A DNA stretch of 24,551 bases, taken from IMG/VR virus record IMGVR_UViG_3300037479_000356, positions 1 through 24,551 of that record; one strand, given 5' to 3'. The position numbers were made by a program, and so were the translations under genes. The notes under the pieces are model-generated. The model was not told the origin of the DNA. It saw only the letters and a list, made by a program, of their open reading frames with translations, and searched no databases. This document shows positions 16,383-24,114 of this stretch, in pieces (the first letter of the stretch is position 1; each line of letters starts with the position of its first letter). Origin of the DNA: a virus. Taxonomy: Duplodnaviria; Caudoviricetes.

Positions 16383-16661
16383 TCAACCATTTTCCCCTTT
16401 CACCTTTTTTGGCACCCAAGTCTTATACGAAAGTCCGAAAAAGTGGGGGTGCGGTCCAATCTTAATTAAGGACACCATGGGAAACTGCGATTCGATGACT
16501 TGCACGAATTCCTTTTTATCGACGATAGGCGCTCGCCCAATCGCCGCCTGCCGATACTCCGCGTAGAGGAATGCAGCGTCGACAAACGGGCGGTGCTGCC
16601 CCTCAACCGGTTCATGGCCACGGCAGGTTGCCGCGAGAAATTGGAGGAGCAACTCATCCAC
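16383..16661 (-). CDS. Stand-alone winged-helix-like protein
   Basis: GTG start with GGAGG SD; FL..TC..LYAEY..F..FFGL pattern resembles the primase C-terminal domain. Confidence 0.5.
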   Translation of the reverse strand: MDELLLQFLAATCRGHEPVEGQHRPFVDAAFLYAEYRQAAIGRAPIVDKKEFVQVIESQFPMVSLIKIGPHPHFFGLSYKTWVPKKVKGENG

Positions 16662-16857
16662 CAACGATGTCCTCCGCCTCGAGCCAAAAGTACCCTTGGG
16701 TAATGCACAGAGCAAAGGCCGTCATGGTTGCCAAGGGGTCCATATTCTTCTCGTGAAAAGCAAAGACGATAAAGGCGATGCCATGATTCAAAAAGCCCCA
16801 ATACCACAACATTGCCATCAAGGGACTACGTGGTCCCCTTGGCAATCGAACGTTCAT
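16654..16857 (-). CDS. Small membrane protein
   Basis: Two hydrophobic segments; overlaps the downstream start. Confidence 0.55.
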   Translation of the reverse strand: MNVRLPRGPRSPLMAMLWYWGFLNHGIAFIVFAFHEKNMDPLATMTAFALCITQGYFWLEAEDIVGG

Positions 16858-16893
16858 TGCGCCTGGTTCGTTCCGGGGTGGGGGATGGGGGCG

Positions 16894-17100
16894 TCAGCCG
16901 TCTTTCTCCCCAAAGGGCACGGTGAGTTGTTGCTCGAGCAAGAACTCTAACACCCTCTTTGCATGGCACGTCGTCACGACGTTTAGCATGTAGGAAAACG
17001 CCATCTTGCCGTCCTTATTGAACACGACACAGAAAAATCCTTGAGGATCCGGCTGGGTCAGAAGAGTTTGGGCTTTTTGAATGGCTTGTTCTTTGTTCAC
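16894..17100 (-). CDS. Hypothetical protein
   Basis: GTGA-coupled start (MNKEQAIQ). Confidence 0.55.
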   Translation of the reverse strand: MNKEQAIQKAQTLLTQPDPQGFFCVVFNKDGKMAFSYMLNVVTTCHAKRVLEFLLEQQLTVPFGEKDG

Positions 17101-17297
17101 GTCGTTGCCTGGTAACGCGCCCGGCAGGTTGCGTTCTCCCACTCCGATTTGAAGTTTTGTTTGCTCTTTACTTCGATAAGAACCTTATAAATATCGCCGA
17201 GCTTCTTTTGAATGTGCTCGACAACGAGCTGTTTCACGTCGGCCTCGCTAATCGTAAGAAAGCCGTACAGAAGGGTATAGACGAGCCACGCCATCAT
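17097..17297 (-). CDS. Hypothetical protein with hydrophobic N-terminus
   Basis: ATGA-coupled start MMAWLV. Confidence 0.5.
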   Translation of the reverse strand: MMAWLVYTLLYGFLTISEADVKQLVVEHIQKKLGDIYKVLIEVKSKQNFKSEWENATCRARYQATT

Positions 17298-17494
17298 GGC
17301 GAATCTGCCAGCATCGTCTTTTGGTAATCGATCTTCAAATCTTCGGGGCATTGGGGGTGGGCGTCGACCCGGGAAGCAAAGTCCCGCCAAAGCCGGGCCG
17401 ATTTTGCCCAAACGTCCGCGCGGTGGTTCGCTTGCTCCATGCCTTTTTTGAAAAACTCAATCTGTTCCTTGTCGGTCAATTGCACGGGGTTCAT
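17294..17494 (-). CDS. Hypothetical protein
   Basis: ATGA-coupled start MNPVQ with GGAG SD. Confidence 0.55.
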   Translation of the reverse strand: MNPVQLTDKEQIEFFKKGMEQANHRADVWAKSARLWRDFASRVDAHPQCPEDLKIDYQKTMLADSP

Positions 17495-17748
17495 TGCTTG
17501 ATTTTCTCCCAACAGTGTAAGTGAAAAGAATACCGACCGGGAGCTCTAGCCTCACCGGCCTTTGTCCGAAAGGAGAACCACAGTTTCTTGGTCGTGCCCC
17601 AGTAGATGTCGTCGTCTCCGCAGTAATCGCATGTGGTGTGCTGCTTGTACCATTTGAGTGGCTTCTTCTGTGAAGCACCGGCAGAGCCTTGGGGTGTGGA
17701 AGTAGCCATGACAGTTCTCACAAACGAAAGGGGTAGCGATGTTCTCAT
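17491..17748 (-). CDS. Putative Zn-finger protein
   Basis: CDYC...HLHC; start uncertain. Confidence 0.45.
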   Translation of the reverse strand: MRTSLPLSFVRTVMATSTPQGSAGASQKKPLKWYKQHTTCDYCGDDDIYWGTTKKLWFSFRTKAGEARAPGRYSFHLHCWEKIKQ

Positions 17749-17854
17749 GCGCCGAAACCACCGCCACCCATCCTCATCATCGTTTCATCCAATCACTTTT
17801 AGGGAGTGACAAAAGAAATCGTCAGGGCCGAGATCTGAAACGTCAAGAAGCTTT

Positions 17855-18049
17855 TTAATCCCAAACCGCTTTCTTACCGTATTTGGGCCAGTCGTAATCG
17901 CAAGACGGCACGATCGTCGTGCGCTCACCGCACTCATTGCAAATGCCCTCGCACACGGTGTTCCCGCCGTTCTCGTACATCTTAGAAACCACACCGCCGC
18001 GCTTTAGCTGGCAGTCGTGACACCAGCCATCACCCTTTTGTTTTTTCAT
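17855..18049 (-). CDS. Putative Zn-finger protein
   Basis: CHDC...CNEC pairs. Confidence 0.5.
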   Translation of the reverse strand: MKKQKGDGWCHDCQLKRGGVVSKMYENGGNTVCEGICNECGERTTIVPSCDYDWPKYGKKAVWD

Positions 18050-18107
18050 TCCCAAAACCTTGGCGCTCTCCTCGTAAAGAATCTGACGAGAGCAAAGGGC
18101 TTGCGGC

Positions 18108-18410
18108 TCACGGGCAGTACTCCGCCGTTTTTCCAAACTCAGTTGGCTGCTTTACCCAGCCGTACAACCCATCCGGAAACTGCACGTAACACATGCCCTG
18201 CCCCAACGGCTTCACCTCGCAGCGGTGAATGTAGCCGACGAGTTTTTGCACGCAGGGCTCGGGCTTTTTCTCCGGCGGCCCGCCCCACGAGCTCGGATCC
18301 CACCAGCAGGAGTCACCGTCGCAAAGGCGCTTAAGCTCAATCTGAGAGTAGGCCATCTCACGAAAAACGAGCGTGAGGAACAACAGAGCAATCGCGTGGC
18401 GCAATTTCAT
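18108..18410 (-). CDS. Secreted Cys-rich small protein
   Basis: Signal-like MKLRHAIALLFLTLVFREMAYS, six Cys, SH3-like CYVQFPDGLYGWV; GAGGAG SD. Confidence 0.6.
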   Translation of the reverse strand: MKLRHAIALLFLTLVFREMAYSQIELKRLCDGDSCWWDPSSWGGPPEKKPEPCVQKLVGYIHRCEVKPLGQGMCYVQFPDGLYGWVKQPTEFGKTAEYCP

Positions 18411-18533
18411 ATTTTCAAGCTCCTCAACGAACCTCATGCCGTCCTCGCCGAGCTTCCCGCTCAGAGCGCAGAGCTTCATTGATGAAGGCGGCCTGCTCAT
18501 CGTCGCTCGAGCAAGCAAACGCTTTGATCATTT

Positions 18534-18881
18534 TTACCATCCTCCGCCGTCGCCGTAGCCGTCGCCGTAGCCGTAGCTGTCGCCGTAGCCGTAGCCGTCG
18601 CCGTAGCCGTCGCCGTCGCCGTAGCCGTAGCCGTCGCCGTAGCCGTAGCCATAGCCGTCGCCGTAGCCGTCGCCGTAGCCGTCGCCGTAGCCGTAGCCGT
18701 CGCCGTAGCCGTAGCCGTAGCCGTAGCCGTCGCCGTAGCCGTAGCCGTCGCCGTAGCCGTAGCCGTCGCCGTAGCCGTCGCCGTAGCCGTCGCCGTAGCC
18801 GTAGCCGTCGCCGTAGCCGTAGCCGTAGCCGTTTTTACAAGCTGTGGAGTGGGCGTGCTCTAACTCACATACTTTGCCCAT
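18534..18881 (-). CDS. Gly-Tyr/Gly-Asp repeat protein
   Basis: (GY/GD)n over about 95 residues; GGAG SD; overlaps the upstream gene. Confidence 0.65.
   Translation of the reverse strand: MGKVCELEHAHSTACKNGYGYGYGDGYGYGDGYGDGYGDGYGYGDGYGYGDGYGYGYGYGDGYGYGDGYGDGYGDGYGYGYGDGYGYGDGDGYGDGYGYGDSYGYGDGYGDGGGW
18546..18833. repeat. Hexamer tandem array GCCGT(A/C), about 48 units
   Basis: Direct reading; only a few variant units (GCTGTC, GCCATA, terminal GCCGTT). Confidence 0.95.
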
Positions 18882-19222
18882 TTCTTCTCCGCACAGTCGA
18901 TAGTGAAAACCTCGCCGCTTCGGTGGAAGCGAATTGCGCCGTCCGATTTATGGAGTTGGGTTTCGCCCTGCGGCCCTTCATTCGCCAACTGTGGCAGCCC
19001 TTTGGACGTGCCCCACCGACCTATCGTGTAGGCGTTCTCCAGGCGACACTCGTTACCCTTCTTATAGTAGCGGCCCACCGCCACCCAGCCGCGCTGGAGA
19101 ACGACAATCTTTACATCGCCACCAAGCTCCGGCTTTTCCGCCGCTTGTCCGCCGCCCACCAGCTCTTTTTCCAATAGTTTTTCAAATAATTTCACCCATC
19201 CCCCTTTTGTGTTTTGAGCCAT
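18860..19222 (-). CDS. Conserved phage protein resembling the DUF6948-type partner of Gly-rich repeat proteins
   Basis: IVVLQRGWV.VG, L.NA..I.RWGT.KGL.QLA..GP motif; alternative GTG start at 19195. Confidence 0.65.
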   Translation of the reverse strand: MAQNTKGGWVKLFEKLLEKELVGGGQAAEKPELGGDVKIVVLQRGWVAVGRYYKKGNECRLENAYTIGRWGTSKGLPQLANEGPQGETQLHKSDGAIRFHRSGEVFTIDCAEKKWAKYVS

Positions 19223-19225
19223 CGT

Positions 19226-19543
19226 TCAGTGGGGGATGGGGGTTGGCAAGACGAGCCGCGGCGGATTTTGCTCCGCTCGAGTAGCCCACTCATCATAGAG
19301 GGTAGTGTCTCCGGCAGGTTCAAGCCGAACGGTCGGGTCGCGATACCAGGCCAAGTCGTACTCGGGGTAGTCGCCCGGCTGCTCCGGCTCGGGGTAGTCC
19401 TCGCCGTCGTCGTAGTCCTCCGGCAGCTCGAGCTCCGGCTCGCCCTCTTCGCAGCTATCCGGCAGAAGCGGCGGCCAACCATAGACGGCAAGGGCCCAGA
19501 GTAAGGCTATAGCCGTAAAGAGCCGGAGCGGATTTAAGCGCAT
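19226..19543 (-). CDS. Membrane-anchored/secreted acidic Pro-Glu-rich protein
   Basis: Hydrophobic N-terminus, then EPELELPEDYDDGEDYPEPE low-complexity region. Confidence 0.55.
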   Translation of the reverse strand: MRLNPLRLFTAIALLWALAVYGWPPLLPDSCEEGEPELELPEDYDDGEDYPEPEQPGDYPEYDLAWYRDPTVRLEPAGDTTLYDEWATRAEQNPPRLVLPTPIPH

Positions 19544-19552
19544 AGCCTTATT

Positions 19553-19768
19553 TTACGCCCGAAACTTCTTGGCAGGCGGCAGGACTTTATTGAGCACGAG
19601 GGGGCCGCCTTGCTCCGTCGCGAAATAGGGAATGAAATCCCAATACGGCTGCGGCCGGTCCACGTACTGCCAAAGGATACGCACGCCAGCTAGACCGGCG
19701 TACTCATAGGCCTCCATGGCGATGAGGATGAATGGGGGCGGGGGGATGGGGGCTGGGTAGGGGGTCAC
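19553..19768 (-). CDS. Hypothetical protein with Pro-rich N-terminus
   Basis: GTG start 6 nt downstream of TGgTAAAAT. Confidence 0.5.
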   Translation of the reverse strand: MTPYPAPIPPPPFILIAMEAYEYAGLAGVRILWQYVDRPQPYWDFIPYFATEQGGPLVLNKVLPPAKKFRA

Positions 19769-19947
19769 CCTACTATTTTACCAAGTCCTTGAATAGCGCG
19801 CTCGAGGTGGTCGGGGCCAGGCTTGGCAATGGGGATTGTCAAATTGGAGAGTGGGGTGGGGCGGTTTGGTGCGGTGAGTAATGGCCGGGATGGTTCGGTC
19901 GGGGGTGGGGGATGGGGTAGCCAAGGGGCGGTGAGCCAAATGGGGAT

Positions 19948-20236
19948 GCGGTATCCGAGTAACCGCGGTATCCGAGCAAATGAAAAGTTTCCTAGAGTAT
20001 GGTGTCTAGCCCCCCGTGTCAGAGCGATTTTTACTAGGTGGAAAACTTTCTTATTTCTCGGATACTCGGATACTTTTATAATAAGTTATTAATATTATAA
20101 GAGTATCCAGGTATCCGAAAAAGTAACCGAGTGGGTATCTGAGCGGTATCCGAGGTTGAGGAAGTGTCGTGTGGACCGGCGAAAAGCATCCGAAATCGGG
20201 CGGTATCCGAAAAATGGTATCCGAGCGGTATCCGAG
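19948..20236. repeat. Putative replication origin: GTATCCGA iterons around an AT-rich palindrome
   Basis: About 13 exact or variant copies of (GCG)GTATCCGA(G); two inverted copies at 20057-20073 face outward from the AT core 20074-20100 (TTATAATA..TATTATAA); immediately downstream of the primase-helicase. Confidence 0.75.
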
Positions 20237-20243
20237 ATTTCGG

Positions 20244-22574
20244 TCAGTTTTGCTGAAAAGGCTCTGACTCGTCGTGCCAGTTCTTGAAAATTCGGATACC
20301 GGAGTAGAATCTGAAGTGCTTTCCGCCGGATTTTTCCGTCTTGGATACCGAGAAACAGCGGACGCCCTGACGCCTCGCTTCATTGGGAAACTGGCGGGAA
20401 AAGAGGGAGCGCGGCATGGGCTTCATTCCACTGGCTCGGCAGTACCGGGCGTAGGCCCCGTAGGTGCCCTCAGTCGTTTCTCGGCTATCAACGTCGAACT
20501 CGAGGCAGGCCCCCATGAATTCGGCGATCGGATTGGATTGCTGGCGGTAGGCTTCCTTGTCGGTTTCGATGCCCTTCGGCACGTTGAAGCCGTAATTATC
20601 GACCACCCGGCGCAGCCCGGCTAAGGCGAGGTTGAAGACTCCGGCGAGCTCCCCACTCCCCATCCAGAATTCCGGCGAAAGCAGCTTTCGGTCTTCCTGC
20701 CCTTTTTCCACCTGATTCGTCAGCCGGAAGGGAATCACCCGACGCCAAACGCCGTCGGTCGAATCGTAAATTTGTGGTTCTTCGTTGCAGATGATGGTGA
20801 GAAAGGCCGTCGGTTTTGCGATGAAACTGTCCTTGTGTTTCCGGTTAAACATGATCGGCTCCCTCGAGACGAACTGCTTGAGCATTCCCTCGTTGAACCG
20901 ATCGATCCGGTTCTGGTCGGAGACGATGTTGGCGAGCTTTCCGTAGGTGTGGGAGAGCATAAAGTTTTCGGAATTGAAACACTCGAGCGGCACCGATGAG
21001 ATGTTCTCTCGGCCGATGAGGCAGGTGAGGATATTGGCGAGTACCGATTTGCCGTTACGGCCCTGGCCCTGGAGCATGAAGAAGTGTTCGAGCGGGAACG
21101 GCTGGTAAAAGTGAGCGCCCATGATTTCTTCCCAGAGTAGTTTGTAGTCGTCGGCACCGAAGGTGGCTTTGGCGACGTGCTCATAGGTCGGGCACTTGGC
21201 ATTCGGATCATATGAAAAGGGGAGAACGTAAGTGCAGAAGAACTTGTGGGAGTGAGGAAGGATTTTGGCTTCGCCCGACTTGGCGTAGTGGGCAACGTCG
21301 AAGAGCCCGTTTTGAAGCGGGAGTAAGTGATTGGCTGGCTTGAAGGTTCCGTTGTCTGCCCAGAGCGGGGCTTCGTGTTCCCAAGGGATATGGTGAGGAG
21401 GAGACTTTAACAGGCTCAGCATTTCGCCGAGCTTCATGGATTTGCCGCGCAAGTCGAAGCGGCCAATGGACCGAAACCACTCATTGATGCGGGCCTTTAG
21501 CTCTTCACCATCGGCTCCGGCGCTTTGTCGGTATTTTTTGCCGTCGTAAAAGAAGAAGTCTTCTCGGTGATAGAAAATATGGAGGCGATTGCTCGCGACG
21601 AAGTTTAGGGCGAGTTCGTGGGCGGAAGGTTTATCGGATAGGTCGGGGATTTCGACTGGAGCGGTTTCGATGCCGCGAGTGATTTGGCGCTTTACTTCAT
21701 CCAAACCATCGAGACAGTGAAGGTCGTTGAAGTCGGTGGGGCGACTGGAAGTATCGGCGAATCTCGGGAGGATAACTTGACCGAACACGGCCTTTGCTGC
21801 GGCGGTCGCCTTCTCAATGCCAGCGTTGGCTGGCTTGAAGGCGTCGTTATCGGCACAAAAAGCTATATTGGCTTCGGGGAATTTTTGACGGAGCGCCTGG
21901 CCTACCGGCTCGAGGTTTCCGGCGTCGAAGGCGACAAAAACGGGAAGGCCAGTTGCCTCGTGGATGCTTGCTCCGGTGGCAAAGCCTTCCACCACCAATA
22001 GGTGATCGAGGTTAGATATTTTTCCAGCGGTAATCGGAAAAAAGTTTGCTCTTTTACGGCCACCCGCGAGAAATCGTTTTTCTCCGTTTTCAGCGATCCG
22101 CTGATAAGACCAGATGCGCCCGTGGATATCGAAAAGTGGAACGATAAGGTCGGCACCCTCGTACATTGCTCCGTAGCTTCTTTGAAGATGCTTTCGAGCC
22201 AAATACCCAGAGGCTCCCTCACGATTCGCTTTTTCGACCGTAGCTTCGGCAGTCTTGGCGACTTCGTTCTGGTACCGCAACTTGTCTTTTTCGTAGGCTT
22301 CGGACTGCTGCTTGAGCCGGAGTTTAATTTCTTCGCCGTCTTCAGGGCTGTACTCGAATTCACTGCGCCACTGTTCTTTTTCGCCGGTTGCGTAGTCGCC
22401 ATAAACGGCAATGTAATACGGCTTTCCGTTTTTGACACCGAAGTTTTGGAAGCAGACGAGCCAGCAACTATCCGATTGGCTGCCTTCGCGGCTGAATCGA
22501 ATTATCTTGCCGAAAGCTATTTTTTGTGGGGGTTGATATCCGCGCTCTGACAAAAATCTTACTAGCTCTTCCAA
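20244..22574 (-). CDS. P4/D5-type primase-helicase (Toprim + D5_N + SF3 helicase + winged helix)
   Basis: Toprim VEGFATG, FDAGNL, ADND, DFND; D5_N LQNGLFD; Walker A GQGRNGKS; DSTDGVWRR; TTG start with GGAG SD. Confidence 0.92.
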   Translation of the reverse strand: MEELVRFLSERGYQPPQKIAFGKIIRFSREGSQSDSCWLVCFQNFGVKNGKPYYIAVYGDYATGEKEQWRSEFEYSPEDGEEIKLRLKQQSEAYEKDKLRYQNEVAKTAEATVEKANREGASGYLARKHLQRSYGAMYEGADLIVPLFDIHGRIWSYQRIAENGEKRFLAGGRKRANFFPITAGKISNLDHLLVVEGFATGASIHEATGLPVFVAFDAGNLEPVGQALRQKFPEANIAFCADNDAFKPANAGIEKATAAAKAVFGQVILPRFADTSSRPTDFNDLHCLDGLDEVKRQITRGIETAPVEIPDLSDKPSAHELALNFVASNRLHIFYHREDFFFYDGKKYRQSAGADGEELKARINEWFRSIGRFDLRGKSMKLGEMLSLLKSPPHHIPWEHEAPLWADNGTFKPANHLLPLQNGLFDVAHYAKSGEAKILPHSHKFFCTYVLPFSYDPNAKCPTYEHVAKATFGADDYKLLWEEIMGAHFYQPFPLEHFFMLQGQGRNGKSVLANILTCLIGRENISSVPLECFNSENFMLSHTYGKLANIVSDQNRIDRFNEGMLKQFVSREPIMFNRKHKDSFIAKPTAFLTIICNEEPQIYDSTDGVWRRVIPFRLTNQVEKGQEDRKLLSPEFWMGSGELAGVFNLALAGLRRVVDNYGFNVPKGIETDKEAYRQQSNPIAEFMGACLEFDVDSRETTEGTYGAYARYCRASGMKPMPRSLFSRQFPNEARRQGVRCFSVSKTEKSGGKHFRFYSGIRIFKNWHDESEPFQQN

Positions 22575-22693
22575 GTGGCTCTCCCTGGCTTGGGGGTACA
22601 GCTATTTATTTTACGTCAGGGGCCAAAAATCTTCTTGCGCACCGATCTGGCTGGTGAGTAAGGTAGGTCTGACTCTAAGCAAGTCGAATCTTA

Positions 22694-22736
22694 ACGGCCG
22701 CTGAAAAGTCCAGTCAATGGGCTTTTTAGCGGCCGT
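22694..22736 (+). promoter_or_regulatory. 19-bp hairpin in the divergent intergenic region
   Basis: ACGGCCGCTGAAAAGTCCA-GTCAA-TGGGCTTTTTAGCGGCCGT with two G-U pairs that favour the plus strand. Confidence 0.6.
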
Positions 22737-22774
22737 CGCATTTTGAGGTAGAATAGATGGGATATGGAGGAACC

Positions 22775-23152
22775 ATGAAATTTCTGATTGCCCTGTTTTT
22801 TCTCTTTGCGACCCTCTCCCATGCCGCGCCGGTATTGAACAGGAAAATCACGGCGTCAGGCGGTAGCCCTATCCCCTCAAGCTACACGACCGGCTCGCAG
22901 TCGCTTGTGCTGACTGAGTTGACGGGCTCCGTCCGACACGTTGCCGTGTTCAACAACACGGCAAGCGTCGTGGCTTTCACTGTGGCCCATCCGTCTCCGG
23001 CCTTTGCGCCTAGCAATGACCAGAAGGACTATTACGTGCCGCCCGGTGTTGGCCTCACCCTAGATGAGATTGGAACGAGCACGCAGCTTTTCCTTCGGAG
23101 CGACTCGGGCTCGACGATCACTTCGGGGACGGTTTACGTTCAGGCTTGGTGA
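22775..23152 (+). CDS. Secreted beta-sandwich protein (virion-protein-like with signal peptide)
   Basis: MKFLIALFFLFATLSHA|AP signal peptide; GGAGG SD; beta-rich mature part ending GTVYVQAW. Confidence 0.75.
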   Translation: MKFLIALFFLFATLSHAAPVLNRKITASGGSPIPSSYTTGSQSLVLTELTGSVRHVAVFNNTASVVAFTVAHPSPAFAPSNDQKDYYVPPGVGLTLDEIGTSTQLFLRSDSGSTITSGTVYVQAW

Positions 23153-23297
23153 CTTCCAGCGCTTTCTGCAGCTTCTGCCAAGCCTTGTACTCTTCGTGAC
23201 TATCGTCTAGGCCGCTCTCCAGCACGAGGTTGCCGAAGTGACACTCGACGAGGTTCAGTAGGTTATAGAGCCCGGCGGGTATCTTTTTCTTTTTCAT
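23118..23297 (-). CDS. Small hypothetical protein (59 aa, below the ORF-track cutoff)
   Basis: MKKKKIPAGLYNLLNLVECHFGNLVLESG...; ATGA-coupled; translated by hand. Confidence 0.5.
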   Translation of the reverse strand: MKKKKIPAGLYNLLNLVECHFGNLVLESGLDDSHEEYKAWQKLQKALEVTKPERKPSPK

Positions 23298-23458
23298 GGC
23301 TTCCTTCCTAGTTCTTCAATTTTGGATTTGATGAGAGCGCGAGTGATTTCGAGGTTTGCCGAAGCAAGCGCGAAGCTCGCTGGCGGCTGAAGGTTCATTA
23401 GTAGACGCTCCAAGAATTCTACGAACTCTTGCCGCTCCGGTATTTTTCGCTTTTTCAT
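23294..23458 (-). CDS. Small hypothetical protein (54 aa, below the ORF-track cutoff)
   Basis: MKKRKIPERQEFVEFLERLL...GRKP; AGGAGG SD; ATGA-coupled at both ends; translated by hand. Confidence 0.55.
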   Translation of the reverse strand: MKKRKIPERQEFVEFLERLLMNLQPPASFALASANLEITRALIKSKIEELGRKP

Positions 23459-24114
23459 TTTTCCTCCTTAATAAAACCGCGCCGAACCAAAACTCGATAG
23501 AGCTTCATCGGCAATCGGTCGTGGGTTGTATCGTAAGCAGAACCAGCCGCAGAGAATGCCTCGACTTTCTCCACGTAAGCGATGCCGCCAAAGTGGTCAT
23601 CTTCATGGCAGTGTGAGTTATCGACCTCGGCCACGAACCACTTGCGGCAGACCATTGGGCGATCTTCATAGACGGAGCATTTCTTGTCTTGGCCAAGAAA
23701 GACGCAGCGACGTTCGGCCCAGGGCAACTTGAACCAGTCGCGGATTTCGTTTCCGCCGCCTGTCACAAGGATTTGTTTTTTAAGTAGCTCCAGGTCTATC
23801 GTAACTTTTCCGCTCACCACCAGGTCGGCGAGAAGCTCTATTTCGTCGTCGTGAGCTTGAACGCTGGCGTGACAACACATCGAACAATCACCTGGCATTT
23901 TCCCGCAAGGAACCATTTCTCGATAGGTTGGATCGTTCTTCTTCCAGTCTAAGATTGCCGTGTCGGAGATTTTGTAAAGGAATTTGGCCCGGCCCTGTGG
24001 GGTTGGGATTTTTTCTAGTGATTCTTGAGCACTGACGAGCCACCGAATAACCTTCTCTCGGCTGCACTTGCCGAGTTGCAGCGCCTTGCCGAAGACTTTC
24101 GGAGATGGCTTCAT
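23455..24114 (-). CDS. YkgJ-family cysteine-cluster (Fe-S/Zn-binding) protein
   Basis: C..CSMCC, CVFL....CSVYEDRPMVCR signature. Confidence 0.85.
   Translation of the reverse strand: MKPSPKVFGKALQLGKCSREKVIRWLVSAQESLEKIPTPQGRAKFLYKISDTAILDWKKNDPTYREMVPCGKMPGDCSMCCHASVQAHDDEIELLADLVVSGKVTIDLELLKKQILVTGGGNEIRDWFKLPWAERRCVFLGQDKKCSVYEDRPMVCRKWFVAEVDNSHCHEDDHFGGIAYVEKVEAFSAAGSAYDTTHDRLPMKLYRVLVRRGFIKEEK

Noticed and set aside
18479-19177. 232 aa Arg/Ser-rich plus-strand ORF
   Set aside because: Antisense shadow of the hexamer repeat; opposes two coupled minus-strand genes that have SDs.
19948-20236. CRISPR array
   Set aside because: Repeats are only 8-12 nt, irregularly spaced, in both orientations, and no cas genes are present.
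20051-20383. ORFs across the origin (20051-20383 minus, 19823-20092 plus)
   Set aside because: Translations mirror the iteron repeats and overlap the primase end; probably non-coding.
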